From Phoronis australis (Eukaryota; Animalia; Phoronida), in assembly GCA_002633005.1 (NCBI GenBank), contig NMRA01000012.1, positions 1,732,179-1,796,178 of the forward strand: a stretch of 64,000 bases of DNA. The letters run 5' to 3'. The position numbers were made by a program, and so were the translations under genes. Of the stretch, positions 13,001 through 43,294 are shown one piece after another; positions within the stretch are counted from its first letter, which is position 1; every line of letters begins with the position of its first letter. Under the pieces are notes generated by a model that saw only the letters and a program-made list of their open reading frames with translations, did not search any database and had not been told where the DNA came from.

Positions 13001-14540
13001 GCAGCCTGGTGAATGGCGACAATTTCAGCGTGAAAGACTGTAACGGTGTTACCCAGTGAGATCCAACTTTCTTTGTCGTCACCTGCAGGGTCTGGAAAGT
13101 AGATTCCTGATCCCGACTGTCCGTTGTCAAGTTTAGAGCCATCAGTGTAACAAACGGACTGTTGGTCATTGTAATCAATGATTTCGTGACCATCTCTGTG
13201 ATAAAGGGTCGTCACTAAAACATCACTTGGAATAGCCAAATTAAAGTGTTCCACTTTCTGACATTAACCTGTTACATATTGTGATTCGCATATTACTCCA
13301 CTGCCCATTACACCTCATACAGTAAGCATGAAGCACAGCTTCACTGCTCAGGTAAATATGCAAGGGTGACAACAGGCTGGGGTGTGTCTGAATAGTTTGA
13401 ACACTAAGATTACGAAAGAAATTGCCAAAAATAAGCACACATGCCAATATTGAAAATAGGACTGCATGACTAGTCGACTTGCTTTGAGAGCCAAACTTTA
13501 GACTGTGTGACAAAAATTTCTCAAAGTACAAATGAAGACAAAACACAATAGAATACTATCACCACCTAGGCCGCCACTCGCAACATGCAAGTTCATCCAT
13601 TTCAACAGGCAAAGCACGTTCACATATTACGCCATCCAAACTTTTCTGCCACTTTTACCCCCTCCCCCTCTGTCATCACCCTTCATCATGAGAAAAACCA
13701 CCTTGTCCAGCCTCTACATACATCGCACAGCCAACCCCCTGGGTTTCAAAGAACCAACAGTCTGGCAACCACCTACTGTCACTATAAAAATGTTGTATGT
13801 GCCGCTGTTGTAATCAGCAATAAAATTAAGTCCGCTATTTCATACATACTGACCTAAATCAAAGGAGTGGGGTTTAGGGCAGGAAAAATGAAAAAAAAAA
13901 ATTCCGTCACAACATTGCACAATATGCATGTTGCCTGACGTCCTGATCATGCGCCAATGCGCTATATCACTGCGTTGATTGTCAGTGATAGGTTTAGGTA
14001 GTGATGGAGTGGAAATGTTGTTTGTCTGGGTGCATGTTTATAAGGAAAGCTTAGTGAAATATTATCAAATCTTGGAAGCATTTTGGTTTTGGAATTGTAG
14101 AATTTTGCTAGGTCAGAACCAGTTTCCCAATGATATATACTGTGATGGAGATATTCTAATAAACCACATAATGGAGTCACCATGAATCCCCTGTTATAAA
14201 TCGTCCTCTTCTCCAAACCCCCTCCACCCTCGAGTGATGACATAATATGTGAACACCCCACTACGAAAACCAATAGAGATGTAACAGCACGTCTGAACCA
14301 ACTTCTGTTATGACAGAAGCCACCCACTTGGAGGTCAACAGGTCAAGAGTTTATGCCATGACTTACCTGTTGCAGGTCATTAATTAGGTCATCTAATTTC
14401 TCATCATGGTCCATCAGATTTGACAACTGTGTTGTCTCCATGTGACATAACAAACCCAAGGCAGCACTTTCATCCATCTGCGGTCTGGTTGAGGACACTC
14501 GGTCCAGGGTAGTAGTCTGTCTGTAGTTTGGGTAGGACAT
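10038..14540 (-). CDS. VPS37B: VPS37B/C-like ESCRT-I subunit (Mod(r) domain), 4 coding exons, ~207 aa
   Basis: Exons (minus): 14540-14367, 12028-11857, 10973-10891, 10232-10038. All introns are GT-AG with phases 0,1,0. Joined protein includes ...KEMLMASNKSLAEFNLSRQP.LE...HALLQTKAAETEEESEKMAEEFLEGK..VDSFL..F..K.TLAH...K.EKM.EL, recognisable as the VPS37 Mod(r) region. An acceptor at 14569 implies an upstream non-coding exon. B vs C paralogue cannot be resolved. Confidence 0.9.
12120..13390 (-). mobile_element. 5'-truncated, frameshifted non-LTR retrotransposon (I-group, Loa-like): RNase H plus C-terminal Zn-knuckle, in a VPS37 intron
   Basis: YTDGSK...SGSGIY...TVFHAEIVAI...SDSPAAIK, frameshift at ~12918, then WVKAHVGIDGNKAADNLAK (RNase H D-E-D-D retained) and ITGHCNLARH...CPNCG...TTQHL. 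No RT domain present. Outer boundaries are approximate. Confidence 0.88.
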
Positions 14541-15247
14541 TTTGTGCAGTAGTCTCTATAGTTTAAACCTGAAAGAGAAAGTATTATTTTGAAATTATCT
14601 TGAGTAAGACAGTCTTAATCAGAGTTTTGCATTGCATTCCATGAATGTCAGATGGCTTTCCAGTAGGACAACAATGGTACAAGCAGGTTGTAAATTGGTG
14701 CATGTTGAAACCTTCATTAAGAGTTTAAAGTTTTCATGGAAGATGATGGCAACTAGACCACTAATGACAAGACAAAGGTGGTAGATGCTGGAACGGTTGC
14801 ACCATTAGCACATAAAAATCCTCATTTTCTGAACGATATCCATTGCATTCATGTTCGAACACAAAATTTGACAGTGCAGATCAGCTGACCAAAACTAATG
14901 TCAATGACCAAAACAACAATTTTAGCATCAGGGTGAAGCATATTGTTCATGAAAATACACAAATCACAACAATGGCTTTATGTGTGTCTGATTTGCAGTT
15001 GGCTATTTAGACCAAATATTATGTAGTTGCCATGTAACAGAGGTAGTACATTAAATCAAATACGATAAAATGCCCCCAAATTGAACAGAAGAAAAACAGA
15101 AAATACTAACGTGATCCACTAACTCCTCCAGACTGGCCTATAGAGGTCAGGCATTGTGGGTCAATTAACCCATAGACACATTTTTCTAAATGATCATGGA
15201 CCAATTAATACCACCTCTTATTTGCCAGAAGCTTTTTTTGGTTTTAT

Positions 15248-15340
15248 CAGGGTCGCTGGTTCGATTCCCAAGTTAGATAATCTCAGCAATTACTACGCTG
15301 ACATAGTGTCGATTCGACCATAGGCATTAAGTAACACAGC
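15248..15340 (+). mobile_element. 5'-truncated copy of the same SINE-like repeat
   Basis: GGGTCGCTGGTTCGATTCCCAAGTTAGATAATCTCAGCA matches 536-574. Confidence 0.55.
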
Positions 15341-16129
15341 AGAGACAGTCAGTGTCAATAAACAAAATAAACAGAAATGAAATACTGCATCCTTACTTAT
15401 TCAATTACAAGAGACTAATGGCGCAAATGCCATTATTCAGAGAAAACTATAGGTAGTGTTCAAAAGCTGTCTTGCAGCAAGAAACATCAAGCCAAAATCA
15501 CGTGCTCTCAATGAAAAAACATGGCAATATATCGCAGAATCTCACAAGATCTTGCTTTTCTAGCGAGGAATTAGTGTAACTGAACTCTACTTTGGTTCCC
15601 TGCAGCCATGCATTTGAAAAGGGACCTGTGTCTACTCAACTTGACTTATACCATAGTCTAGACTATGGCATAGACATATGCAGGCCAACTCAGGGTCTCC
15701 ACAATCCACGACTTTTCTTTTCAGGCTCAGCGAATCTGCTGTGTTGTGTACGTATCCACAGGAATGGGAGCTTATCTTGATTCTTTTACGTTATATGTAT
15801 GACAAGAATGAGAGCCAGAGCAGAGTCAGAGTCAGACTCAGAGAGGTAGGGCAGCAACAGCAAAACATAAAAAGTTGGTGGTCAATCCAATTCGCTAACT
15901 TACATTAACTTGTTAAAGTGAAAGATTCAAAATCAAACAATGAGTGAGTTGTGAACCAGCCAATTATTTACCAAATGTTACATTACTCAAAAACTTACTG
16001 TGACGACAAACTCAAGCATTTCATAAGAATATTAAGTCATCACAGTTACAGTAGACACATAAGCTTCAGTTGCGGAAGTAGCGTTGACCAATCAAACAGC
16101 TCTTTTATGCCTTCTCCGCAACTGCACAA

Positions 16130-16460
16130 GTATTTTTGCGTGACGTCATAGGCGTAGGTTCATTTCCAAGATAGCCTTGATTGTTGTAAAATATCAAGAC
16201 AGATTGGTGATCAACATACCTCTGTGTTGTTAAATTCCAAAAACAAAAGTTGCCTAATTTAAAATATGCAAATGAGTTTCACAATCCACAAAGTTTGATG
16301 GCCAAATAAAGGCGTCACTGCGCATGCTCACTCGACAGCCATATTGGCGAAGAAGTGAGATTTCGGTGCAAGCATACCACAAACAATCGAATATATTTTC
16401 CCAGCATGGAATAATATCTCGTGAAACTTTGCGTCGGTAGGTAACTCTGTAAACGATATT
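16130..16460. promoter_or_regulatory. Probable bidirectional housekeeping promoter (VPS37 minus; TAO or another transcript plus)
   Basis: Local CpG enrichment, CRE TGACGTCA (16141-16148), NRF1-like TGCGCATGCTCA (16319-16330), YY1-like GCCATATTG (16338-16346). A minus-strand donor (G|GTATG at 16220/16219) fits a VPS37 5' UTR exon. Confidence 0.6.
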
Positions 16461-16936
16461 TCCATTTTGATCGCGTTGCTCGTACTGAACTGGAATCTTA
16501 TAGAATTTTGCTTGAGTTTTCGTGACAATGTCGACTGCAGAGAAACTGCACTGACACTGCGGTTCAGCCCAATTTGACTTTGACTTGGGCTAGGCCCAAA
16601 GTCGATTGCTGGGAGGCCAAAGCGGATGAGGAATAGCCAGGACATCAGTGTACAATGTTTTTTCTTGTGTTTTACATTTGTGATTTGCGAAGCTTAATCA
16701 TAGTCCAGCTTCATACTAGGAGATTTAACATTCATCAAGGACAAGAGTTTGATGTTATGCCATCCTATACACCCACTGCCCCTGTCGGTGATCTGAGAAG
16801 GTTGCAGTTAATCCCTCAGTCACTGAGGAGCGGGTCCAGTGTTCAGTGGGAGTGATGAGTGGTTCAAGCGTAAAAGCAAGTGTTTGTGGCATAATAGTTT
16901 CCTTCTAAACAAATCAGTTGGGTAAAAATTGAAAGA

Positions 16937-17133
16937 AGTATTTCACCCTGTTTAGCTGGCTAAGAGACAGAAATTGAATTGGACCTTTTACTCGATGAAA
17001 GGAGTGGTTTCGTGTTATTCCTTACCCTCATAGGATTTCACTTCCGTAACGGAATATTGTGAGACCATTGTTCTAAGACTAAAAGGTCTGATTCGAATTT
17101 CAGTTTTGAGCCTGCTAAACAGGGCGAAATGCT
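16937..17133. mobile_element. ~200-bp foldback/MITE-like element
   Basis: AGTATTTCACCCTGTTTAGCTGGCT...GAAATTGAATTGGACCTTTTA pairs with TAAAAGGTCTGATTCGAATTTC...AGCCTGCTAAACAGGGCGAAATGCT. Confidence 0.65.
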
Positions 17134-20100
17134 TTTTAAAATAATTTCCTACTTAGATTAAGTATTATACAGTACCTGCTACACGTAGTGTTGTGTAAAA
17201 CTGTCTGCCTTCAGCTGCTAGCAGTGAAATACCTTTTTATTAAACAAATGTCTTGAAGTTGAATAAACCATGAAAGTGTTGTATTGTAGTACACTGGTGA
17301 TAAACCATGGCTGATGGCACTTCTTCAGTTGAAACTTTGAAGCCTTACAGCTAACGCTATACAGTTCTATTGGTTGTGATGTTTTGTGGATAATATTTAG
17401 ATGCCTAGCAAACTGATTTGATGTTGAGCTGTGTGAAAATATATAAAGTACCCTTGACACTGGTGCCCTGGCTATCACCACTTTCAGNCCCCCCCCCCCC
17501 CCAACGGCATTTGCTGGTTGATGATGAATGCTGCATCCCTGTCAGTTTTGCCCACACAGGCTGGGCTTATATCATGTCCTGATTGAAGGCACTTGTATTC
17601 ACCCCCATCATCCTGTTTACACCTGGGCTGGGGATGCACAGAATGTTTTACCTACCATAAAGTGTACAATTGTACACAATGTAGAAGTATGTTTCGCCAT
17701 TATTTAACAGACTTGTAGCTGAAGTGGTTGTCAATATAACTTCCTGGTCATTATCTTGCTGAAATCAAGCTTCAATTTTCATATGCTCATGCTTGACTTT
17801 AAATGCTTGTGATGTTCGAGGTTCTCAATTTTTACCACCTGCGCATTAAGCGGAAAGATTATAGTAAATCTTTAATTCTTGAAATGTTTCTGTTTTCAGG
17901 ACTAAGGTTTGGTCGGTCGTTACGCAGTTCTAGGGCTGTGCTGCACTTGCTTAACTTGTCAACTTTTCTCAGGTGTAGTGCATTCATTCGCCTAGCTGAC
18001 AAATCATTGGTTGCATTAAAGTAATGTATGTGACCAGGGGTTTATCTAGGATTTCAGAAATGGGGCATCCAAAATGTGTTTCCTTATTTCTCAGGGCGTT
18101 CATGACCAATAACGTGTGACAGTGTTTTTATGATCCCAAGTCAAATTGCTGTTATAGTGTGGTTTGTACTGGCTCAGCAATAAATTTAATTTGTATCTTG
18201 TATCATTTCTAAACCAACCTTTTTATTCTGGATGGGCCAGTGAGCTCCTAGAGCTGTTGCTGTCAAATTAGAAAAGAAATTCCCATGCTTACTTTACTTG
18301 GTCATACGAATGCTGAACAGGGTGTCCCTGCTGGGATGTCTAACATTGAATAGGACATCCTCTTGATGAAAGCCTCCACGTGATTAGAACTTGCTTGTAG
18401 TCTATCTGGTGACATGGCTGTGATATGGGAACAAGTCTGGTGCAGAACTGGACTCTTGTCCATTGTTGAGGGTTACAGTAGAATATGTTTTGAACGATGG
18501 TATCAAACATGAACCTTCTATGAAGGTCAGTATATAACAAAGTCGTAGCAGCAAAAGTTTGGATGGGTGTCTGTTCATAAAACTTTGGATGATATAAACC
18601 AAGTTCTGATTATGAACCATGTTCTGATGCTAAAACATTAACTTTCGTCACAGGCCTAAATTTGCGCTTCGGAAACAACGTGGCATTCTCATCCTTAGTT
18701 TGAATTGCAATTGCTTGTATAATTAATTGTCTGGAATTCCCCAGATGGCCGTACTGCCATAGCAAACAACACTAATGAACAGCTTGATGAAACAGACCTG
18801 AACATAACAACAACCTGTCAGTTTCACTGAAGGCTAGAAATCATTTCTAATGTACAGTAAGAAAAAAGATGCAGGCCAGTTTTATAACTGTAAATGGCTT
18901 AAATCAAAAATTAGTTTTTAACAAAGGGTACTGCAGGTTTACTGATATTTACATACCTAGAGCAATGCTGCCACAACTCTGGTGCATGGTAACAGACTGT
19001 TGTCTTCAGATACACAGATGTTCACGTTGGTGTAATGTGGAAAGGTTTTAACTATATGTGTAGGGTTTTTTCCTAGCAATGGTTCGTGTAGTATGTTTTA
19101 TTGTGTCAGGGGGGCAGTGTTTATTCTGGCTTTCTTGTTGTACTGTAACAGAATGAGTTTAGTGGCATGCCAGTTGATAATGCTATATTTTCATTGAAGC
19201 AGTGACACAGTGGCGCCATCTCTGTGTAAATGCGAGTCGACTCTTAACATGTTACCACAGTTTCAAAATGGGACAACCTGCGAGGGTTCTGTGCCATCTT
19301 CCTTTGTCATGAAGGAACCGTCACTACGTTAATTGTGCTAATGCACATGGGTGTTCTGTCGTTCATAACTTTTCTTTGTCGGTAAGTCTCCCCATGTTGC
19401 CACTGTTTCCGAGAATGATCTGACTGGGGTCAACTCGCACTTGCCAACGTGTTCCCTTGGAATGCAATTTTCTATGGATAGATTGATACCAAAGTCAAGT
19501 TGTAAATTATGTAGCTGGTATTCAATGTGTACAGTGTAATGTTAAGTGGTAATACACGTTGGATAAAACCTCCATGTACGGTAACACACGGTTGTTAAAC
19601 TTCCATCCTTTAAATAGTAGTGTAGAACTTCAAATAGTGAAGTCGTACATTTGCATTTGTTTGTTGCACACATGTCTTTGAAATTCTTGGTACGGTAAAT
19701 TTTTTCAATTGTAAGAGGCACAATCTGGGACGAAAAACACATTTCTGAGATTATTGCTAAGTATGATAGACTAAAGTTATAACTTTGAGCTAAAAAGCAG
19801 CGTAATCGCCTGACGTTGGCTTCAGGTCAGTTGGTAGAATTAACCTTATGAGTTAAAATACGCTTAAAATACTAGACTACTTGACACATTGGCTTTTTAA
19901 CTCTACTTGCAAAATGCACTGCTTCTTGGGCTGAGGTTGTGGGTTCAAATCTTCCTTGGGGCTGCTGTGAGTACAAGTACTGTTGTCAATAATGTCGCTA
20001 AATAAAGAATAATAGTTTTTGATATTGGCTGCATCCACCACAGAATCCTCTACAGGCCAAGGTTGGCATTCCTGGGTCAACTACTGGTTCTCATAAACTA

Positions 20101-23100
20101 TCATACCATCACTGGCTCTTTAGTTCTTTGCATGTGTAGTTAATGGCAGAGACCATATCTCCTCTGCTGGCTAATTAATAAGATGCAGTTGTACTGGCAT
20201 GCTAACTAGGTCACCTAGTAAATTGTCTTTGTGTCTTCCTAGTGGTGGTTGCATATTTGTCTGGCTGGACAGATCTCCTCAGAAATAACCCTTAGCTTTT
20301 CTGTGACCTAAGGGGTGTACTTGTAGTGACTCAAAAGGTGGGTGGAATTTCATTAGACAAATGCCGATTGAATATTACAATTTAGTAGCAAAAAGTTTCA
20401 TCACCATTAACAAAAAATATGTGAAAGTCTCAGACAGTGCTAATTAGGCCAAACTGAATTTGCCAACTTCAAACTGGAATTATTCAAATTTACCCATCTT
20501 CTCATTGAGCTAATCAATGAACTCCATTCATCCATCTTGTATTAGATTTCACAGCGCTGCATGGGGCTTAACGGAGTAGTGAATGTTAAAAGATAGCATT
20601 TTTGTGAACTCGAATGAGGTCATCTCATCTTTTAGAAATAGACTGTTATCAGGTTCTTAAATTATCTCTAAAAAATAGCATTTTCACCCTCTCCTTTGCC
20701 AAAAGCAAAAATGTCAGTAATGGGAAAAGTTGCAAGAGTCACCTTTGCTGGCGCTTTGCTGATGGTTTTAGTTTCCCCAAAGCTGCTAGTGTTTCTGATC
20801 TAAGAGCACTTTCGTAGCCAGACAGCTTACTTCAAAGGACACTTACGTACATGTGCGGATCTTTGGTTTTGTTAGGTTTGGTAGAAAGTCTCAGTGAAGG
20901 TGCTGCAATATCAAGTTTCGTTCTTAAAGTGCTCCTAGTGGTGGGGAAATAAACTAATGTGCTGGACAAATGGTCACTTGTAGCAGACTTGTCTGGCTAA
21001 AATGCAGGATTGCTTTTTGCCTCTGAAAGCTGCCTGCAGTTTTACCATTCATGTGATTCTAACTGTATATTTTGTTGCCAATAGTGATGAAGATGGACAT
21101 TTCATTGTCCTTGCTAAGTTTTCCCTGAGGCTGCCTTTTGTGAATGCGCATTACCAGTTGTGATTAGCTTTGTGAGAATGTATTGAGCAATAGTGCTGGT
21201 ATTTTTGTGTCTACATTCTAGTTACTAGTAGTATTGACAGAGATCAGTTTAGAAAAGAACACGCCTATGGGTCAATTGACCCAACGACGACCTTCTAATC
21301 TGTCGGTCGATTTAAAAAAACCTAAGTTGTATGAGGTTAGTTTTTTGTGCCGTTTATGGATTAGAGTTTTTGGGCGGCATCGTGTGTGTGATTTCGCATA
21401 CTATTCTATTTCATCACATGACTAGTGGCTGGTCTGAACATTGTGCTGTATTTCAATCCACAGTTGGTATAATTTTTTATTTTTCTTAATATGGCCCTCA
21501 TTGCCTTTGTTTTATAATCTGATCTCATTTGCATAATTCCTGTTGCGAGACAAAATAAGACAAGATTGCCTATGAATCCGGCTGGCCTAGTACAGCAACC
21601 ATAGTGCCTCAATGTAAGTTTTATGAGCCATTGACGTGAGCACCAAAAAGTGGGACATGATCCTAAGATTATCTCTGTATTAGTCATGGTTAATGAAGCA
21701 TTACATCTTCATATTATTACAGTATGATCGGTTAAGTTTCATGGTTTGACTAGGTCCAATGTCACAGCAAGTGTTCTGCACCACAGAAAATCCAAACTTG
21801 ACAAGAAGTTTATGTTCAAAGGTCCATGATCATACTTTGTATTAAGTCTTGCAATAAATACACTGAGCTTGTTCAAAAAGTTCAAAATGCCCCATTGGCT
21901 TGTCTTCCAAAAGTCATTGACAAAAATAAGCCAAACTCGGCATTACAAATTCAATCAAACTCCTCGCTGCTATGAGTCAAAACAGGTTGTGGAGAACACT
22001 GAGTCAACCTTGATTTGATTTGTCATTAAATAAATGCAGGGAGCCTTGTAGATGAATGTTCTGTTGCCTAATTCTCTGTCAGTGTCAACTAGGAATGCTC
22101 TGCTGTAAAAGGAAAGAAACAAGCTCTAGACTGTTGCATATGCCTCAATACAAAGAAAGGATAGCTGTTGGGGGTATTTTGCCTTTGTTAAAATATTACC
22201 AAATGTTACACATTCTGTCCTGCTGATTATACACTGTGCCCAAGTGATGGTTGCGAAAAACTGCTGCCTGAGTAGAGGACAGTCTTCATTTTGGGTAACC
22301 AGCGGTATGAAGTGGTCAGTTATGAAATTTGTACCATCCACTTGTTTCTGCTTCAATGAGAAACGTTTTCTGGAAAGGGAAGGGAAAAGAACTGATTATA
22401 TTTTTCTTTGTTGCTTGAAATCAGGCTCTAGTTGTTTTGCAGGGCCTGAAGCAATTGACAATGCGACCTGGCATAATTCCTAGATTGAGAAATGGAAAAC
22501 AAGCTTGCTGAAACAAGCCAACCCCCGCATGTGGGGGTGAGAAAGTCCTGGTCCATACTAATGACATTTATTTGACAACAGTCCAAAGTTTAAGAAATGG
22601 GATATCTGAATTGAAGAACTATCAAATGGAACGAATGCCCTGCCGAGGTCCTGAGATTGCCCAGGCGGCCTAATCTTTGTACTTGAAATCGAATTCAAGC
22701 TTATTTTTGACATTTTTCGATCTACTTTGGTTCAAACCCAGGATAATTGTCTGCTATTCTGTTCTCAACTATAGTATTGTTCATGAGTTGGAAAGTTCTT
22801 GCAATCTCAAGTTTTTACTCAAGTTTGTAGCTTGAATCTTGAGGTCATCAATTGCGATCTTTGTCGCTCATACAGCCATAATATACTCACCTATCTTGAT
22901 TTTGTATTAAAATAGAATGGAAAATGTCAGAAATAATTCGAGTTCAGAGATTCTGTCAGAAGCCCAAAAACCACTTCCCATCTTAGTAAGGAACATGTTG
23001 AGACCTGAGCCGGGGGGGCTTATCTTTTTAATAAAAAATTAAAATTATTTTTGGCATTTTCTTCTTTTGCGCGAACTCCAGAGTGCCTCATTTTCTATGC

Positions 23101-25930
23101 TCTACGACATAAAATGGCTTAGGCGAACTACTGTCTAATCAATGTTTGTACTTGATGACTCCAACTTAAAGACTAAAAGTTTGAGTCTGAACTCAAAATT
23201 TCAAGTCTACTTGAATCTCGAGTCTGTTCTTCAAATGTTGGGGTCATCAAGTGCGAAACTTATGCATAAACCATAATGTGCTCGAGCACAGAATGATGGA
23301 CACTTACCTGGAGTCTACAGAGAAGTAGAATAGAAAGTGCCAAAAATATTTTCAGTTTCAAGTAAAAAGATTAGACCTCAGGCCCAGGCGTGCGTTCTGT
23401 TGATGTGAGACTCCCGAAAACACAAGATCACGCAAGGCTTATAGTGAGATATTGACTCGCGCCAGAGCGTAGTAGAAGCAACTGAAGCAAGCATGTGATC
23501 CCATTAGCTTCCAATTCTTCGCAACGCACGCCAGGTCTAAGGCGGTATACTGTTAGGCAATTAATTACTCTGAATACCGCAAGCATACAGAGGCAATAGT
23601 ACATCCCCATAGAAAGTTACCCATCGCAAAATACAGCGAATAAAATCGAATGAACATGCATATATGCACACTGAGCTTTAATTAACACATACCGTGACTG
23701 GATACAATTTAGTCAACATAACTTGAACATGTTATTGAAAATCTGTCGCAGTTCACTCGAGTTTCTCTTGCCCGGTGCCATTTTGAGGAAGTTGCGTGAA
23801 ATCATGCCTTTTAACGAAAAAAAGTCCAAGGGACACAAATGGTACAAATTCCACCTGATAGCTTTCCATGCTATTTTGCAATTGTTACGCGCCAGGTTAC
23901 GCGCTTCGCTCAGAAAGCGTTGCTGAAGAAAGTTTAAGCACATTTTAAAGTGACGATTTTAAGTGTAAAATGTATTTTTGACGATGTGAAAACCTCTTGC
24001 TGAGTGGATTTAACCTATGGTCCGTTTAAAATACACGGGATGAAATTCATACAGAAAGCGATGGGAAGTAGTGTAGCCCCTAACTGGCCAACCGAGAGGG
24101 GCTACGTAGTATACCGTGTGTTATCTAAATCAAAAGTTTGCATGATTCATGTGCTTTTCTGTCACTACTTGACTGTCATCTGATGGTAGACAATTCCAGA
24201 ACCTCGGCGTACCCTGAGAAAGACTCACACCCAGGAAGGACCTATTCAGCATTTGGGTGGAGATTGTATCGACACGATTAATTGCAAACTTGTCAAGATA
24301 CAGTACTTAAATGCTTTGATGTTTGGAAAAATAATATTCCCTGACCAAATATGCTGTACTTGCTGTGCTAGGGTCATGAATGGACCTGTTCTTACTGATT
24401 ATTATGCTTACCGTGTTATTCCCAAAAATGCAGCCAGTGGTATTATTTGGCCTACTTTCTTACTAGAAATGAATGCCTTCTTATTCTTATTCTTCTTTGC
24501 TTTACTGTTTTGTTTTCGTTTGTTTGCAAGTGTTGGGCATGAGACCAATTACAATGCTGGCCTATTGTGTAAGGAGTCAAAACATCCTGCATATAGAACT
24601 TTAGTTTGGTCAGGAAGTTCACAGAAAATTTGCCCAGCTTGGTTTCAAGGCAGAAAATTTGCCAAGCTTGGTTTCATGTTAGCAATAGAGTATTTATTAC
24701 AACTTGCTCTTTCATTTCATAACACAGTCTTCTGTTGACATTTTTGCAATTCAAATTTTATCTGTGTAACCATCTAGAAAATAGCAAATTGAGTAAGGGT
24801 ATCTGATTACAATCAGTTATAAATGCCTGCATTATTAGAAAGCAGGAGAACACAAACTAATTTCTTCTGGTCCAGTAATTGTGCACCTATGATGCATGAT
24901 GTGGTTAGTTTTATCCACTTGGGATTCACAAAGGCAGGGGATCCAAGACAATGGTTGAGGAAGCTTATGCAGAGGCTAGACTAGGAAAGTACAAACTTGT
25001 ACTTCCTAGTTGAAATGCACTAATTGTTATTTGCCATCTCTAGATTCATTTTCCTCCATGCTTCCTCTTTTATCTGTGGTCATTTCTCTCATCTTAAAAC
25101 AAAAGCCTTTTCCTATTTCCAAAAAATCTTACCAATTTAGGACAGGACATTGTGGACAAGTGAATTTTTTTATTTTTTTGCATGTTTTATTGATAATATC
25201 AGATTTATCCTTTGCCATGTTCAAGTTCTGTTCCAAAGCTAGCATCGGAAAATAATTTTTATTAAAATGTTTTCTTTTAAACTTGGTAATGTCAATTTTC
25301 AATGCATATCAGATCAGAAAGACATGTCACTTGCAATGTTGTGACATCTGTATTGAAATACTAGACTGGCTGTTGATGGCATTCCGAAACAAAGTAGTCT
25401 ATCCAAGAATTACTTAACATTTGTGTTCACTACCATTCAACACTCACAACTGGAACCATGCACGCGTGCATGCACAGGCACGCACACGCACACGCACACA
25501 CACACGCTCACACAAAATAAACTCACTGTGTCTCTTTTAACTTATTGTCTGGGAATAATGTTGCAAGTGTTTAATTATGTCGTAATATAAAAGCTCGTCT
25601 TAATCACTCTCTTATGGGCAATTACTCCTTGGCCCATCAGTCCACATGCTAAAACATCATGCTGTAGACTGGGTTTGACTTCAGCCTGTGGTATGGGTGT
25701 TTTACTACGTATCACGGGGAGTTCATATGTCTTCAGTCCGTTATTTAAAACAGTGAAATTCTTGTCATCATTTATTTGATACAAAGGACAAACATTGTTC
25801 ATTATACATTGATATGCTTATAAAGCCTCGTGTATTTTACCTTACAGGCTCTCGTAACTGAATGAGTGCGCATCACCTTGCCCCGATTTAACCAGTAGGT
25901 GAGCCAGGGCTGAGCGGGGCCACCATTGCT

Positions 25931-43294
<17,364 letters not shown>

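Noticed and set aside
17519-17585. Box C/D snoRNA-like ATGATGA...CTGA
   Set aside because: No convincing terminal stem or recognisable antisense element; such motifs are expected by chance.
19877-20080. 67-aa minus-strand ORF with protein-like composition
   Set aside because: TTG start directly after a stop, no supporting splice sites, and no family recognised.
24253-24738. 161-codon ORF upstream of TAO
   Set aside because: Non-ATG start, composition typical of intronic AT-rich DNA, and no recognisable domain.
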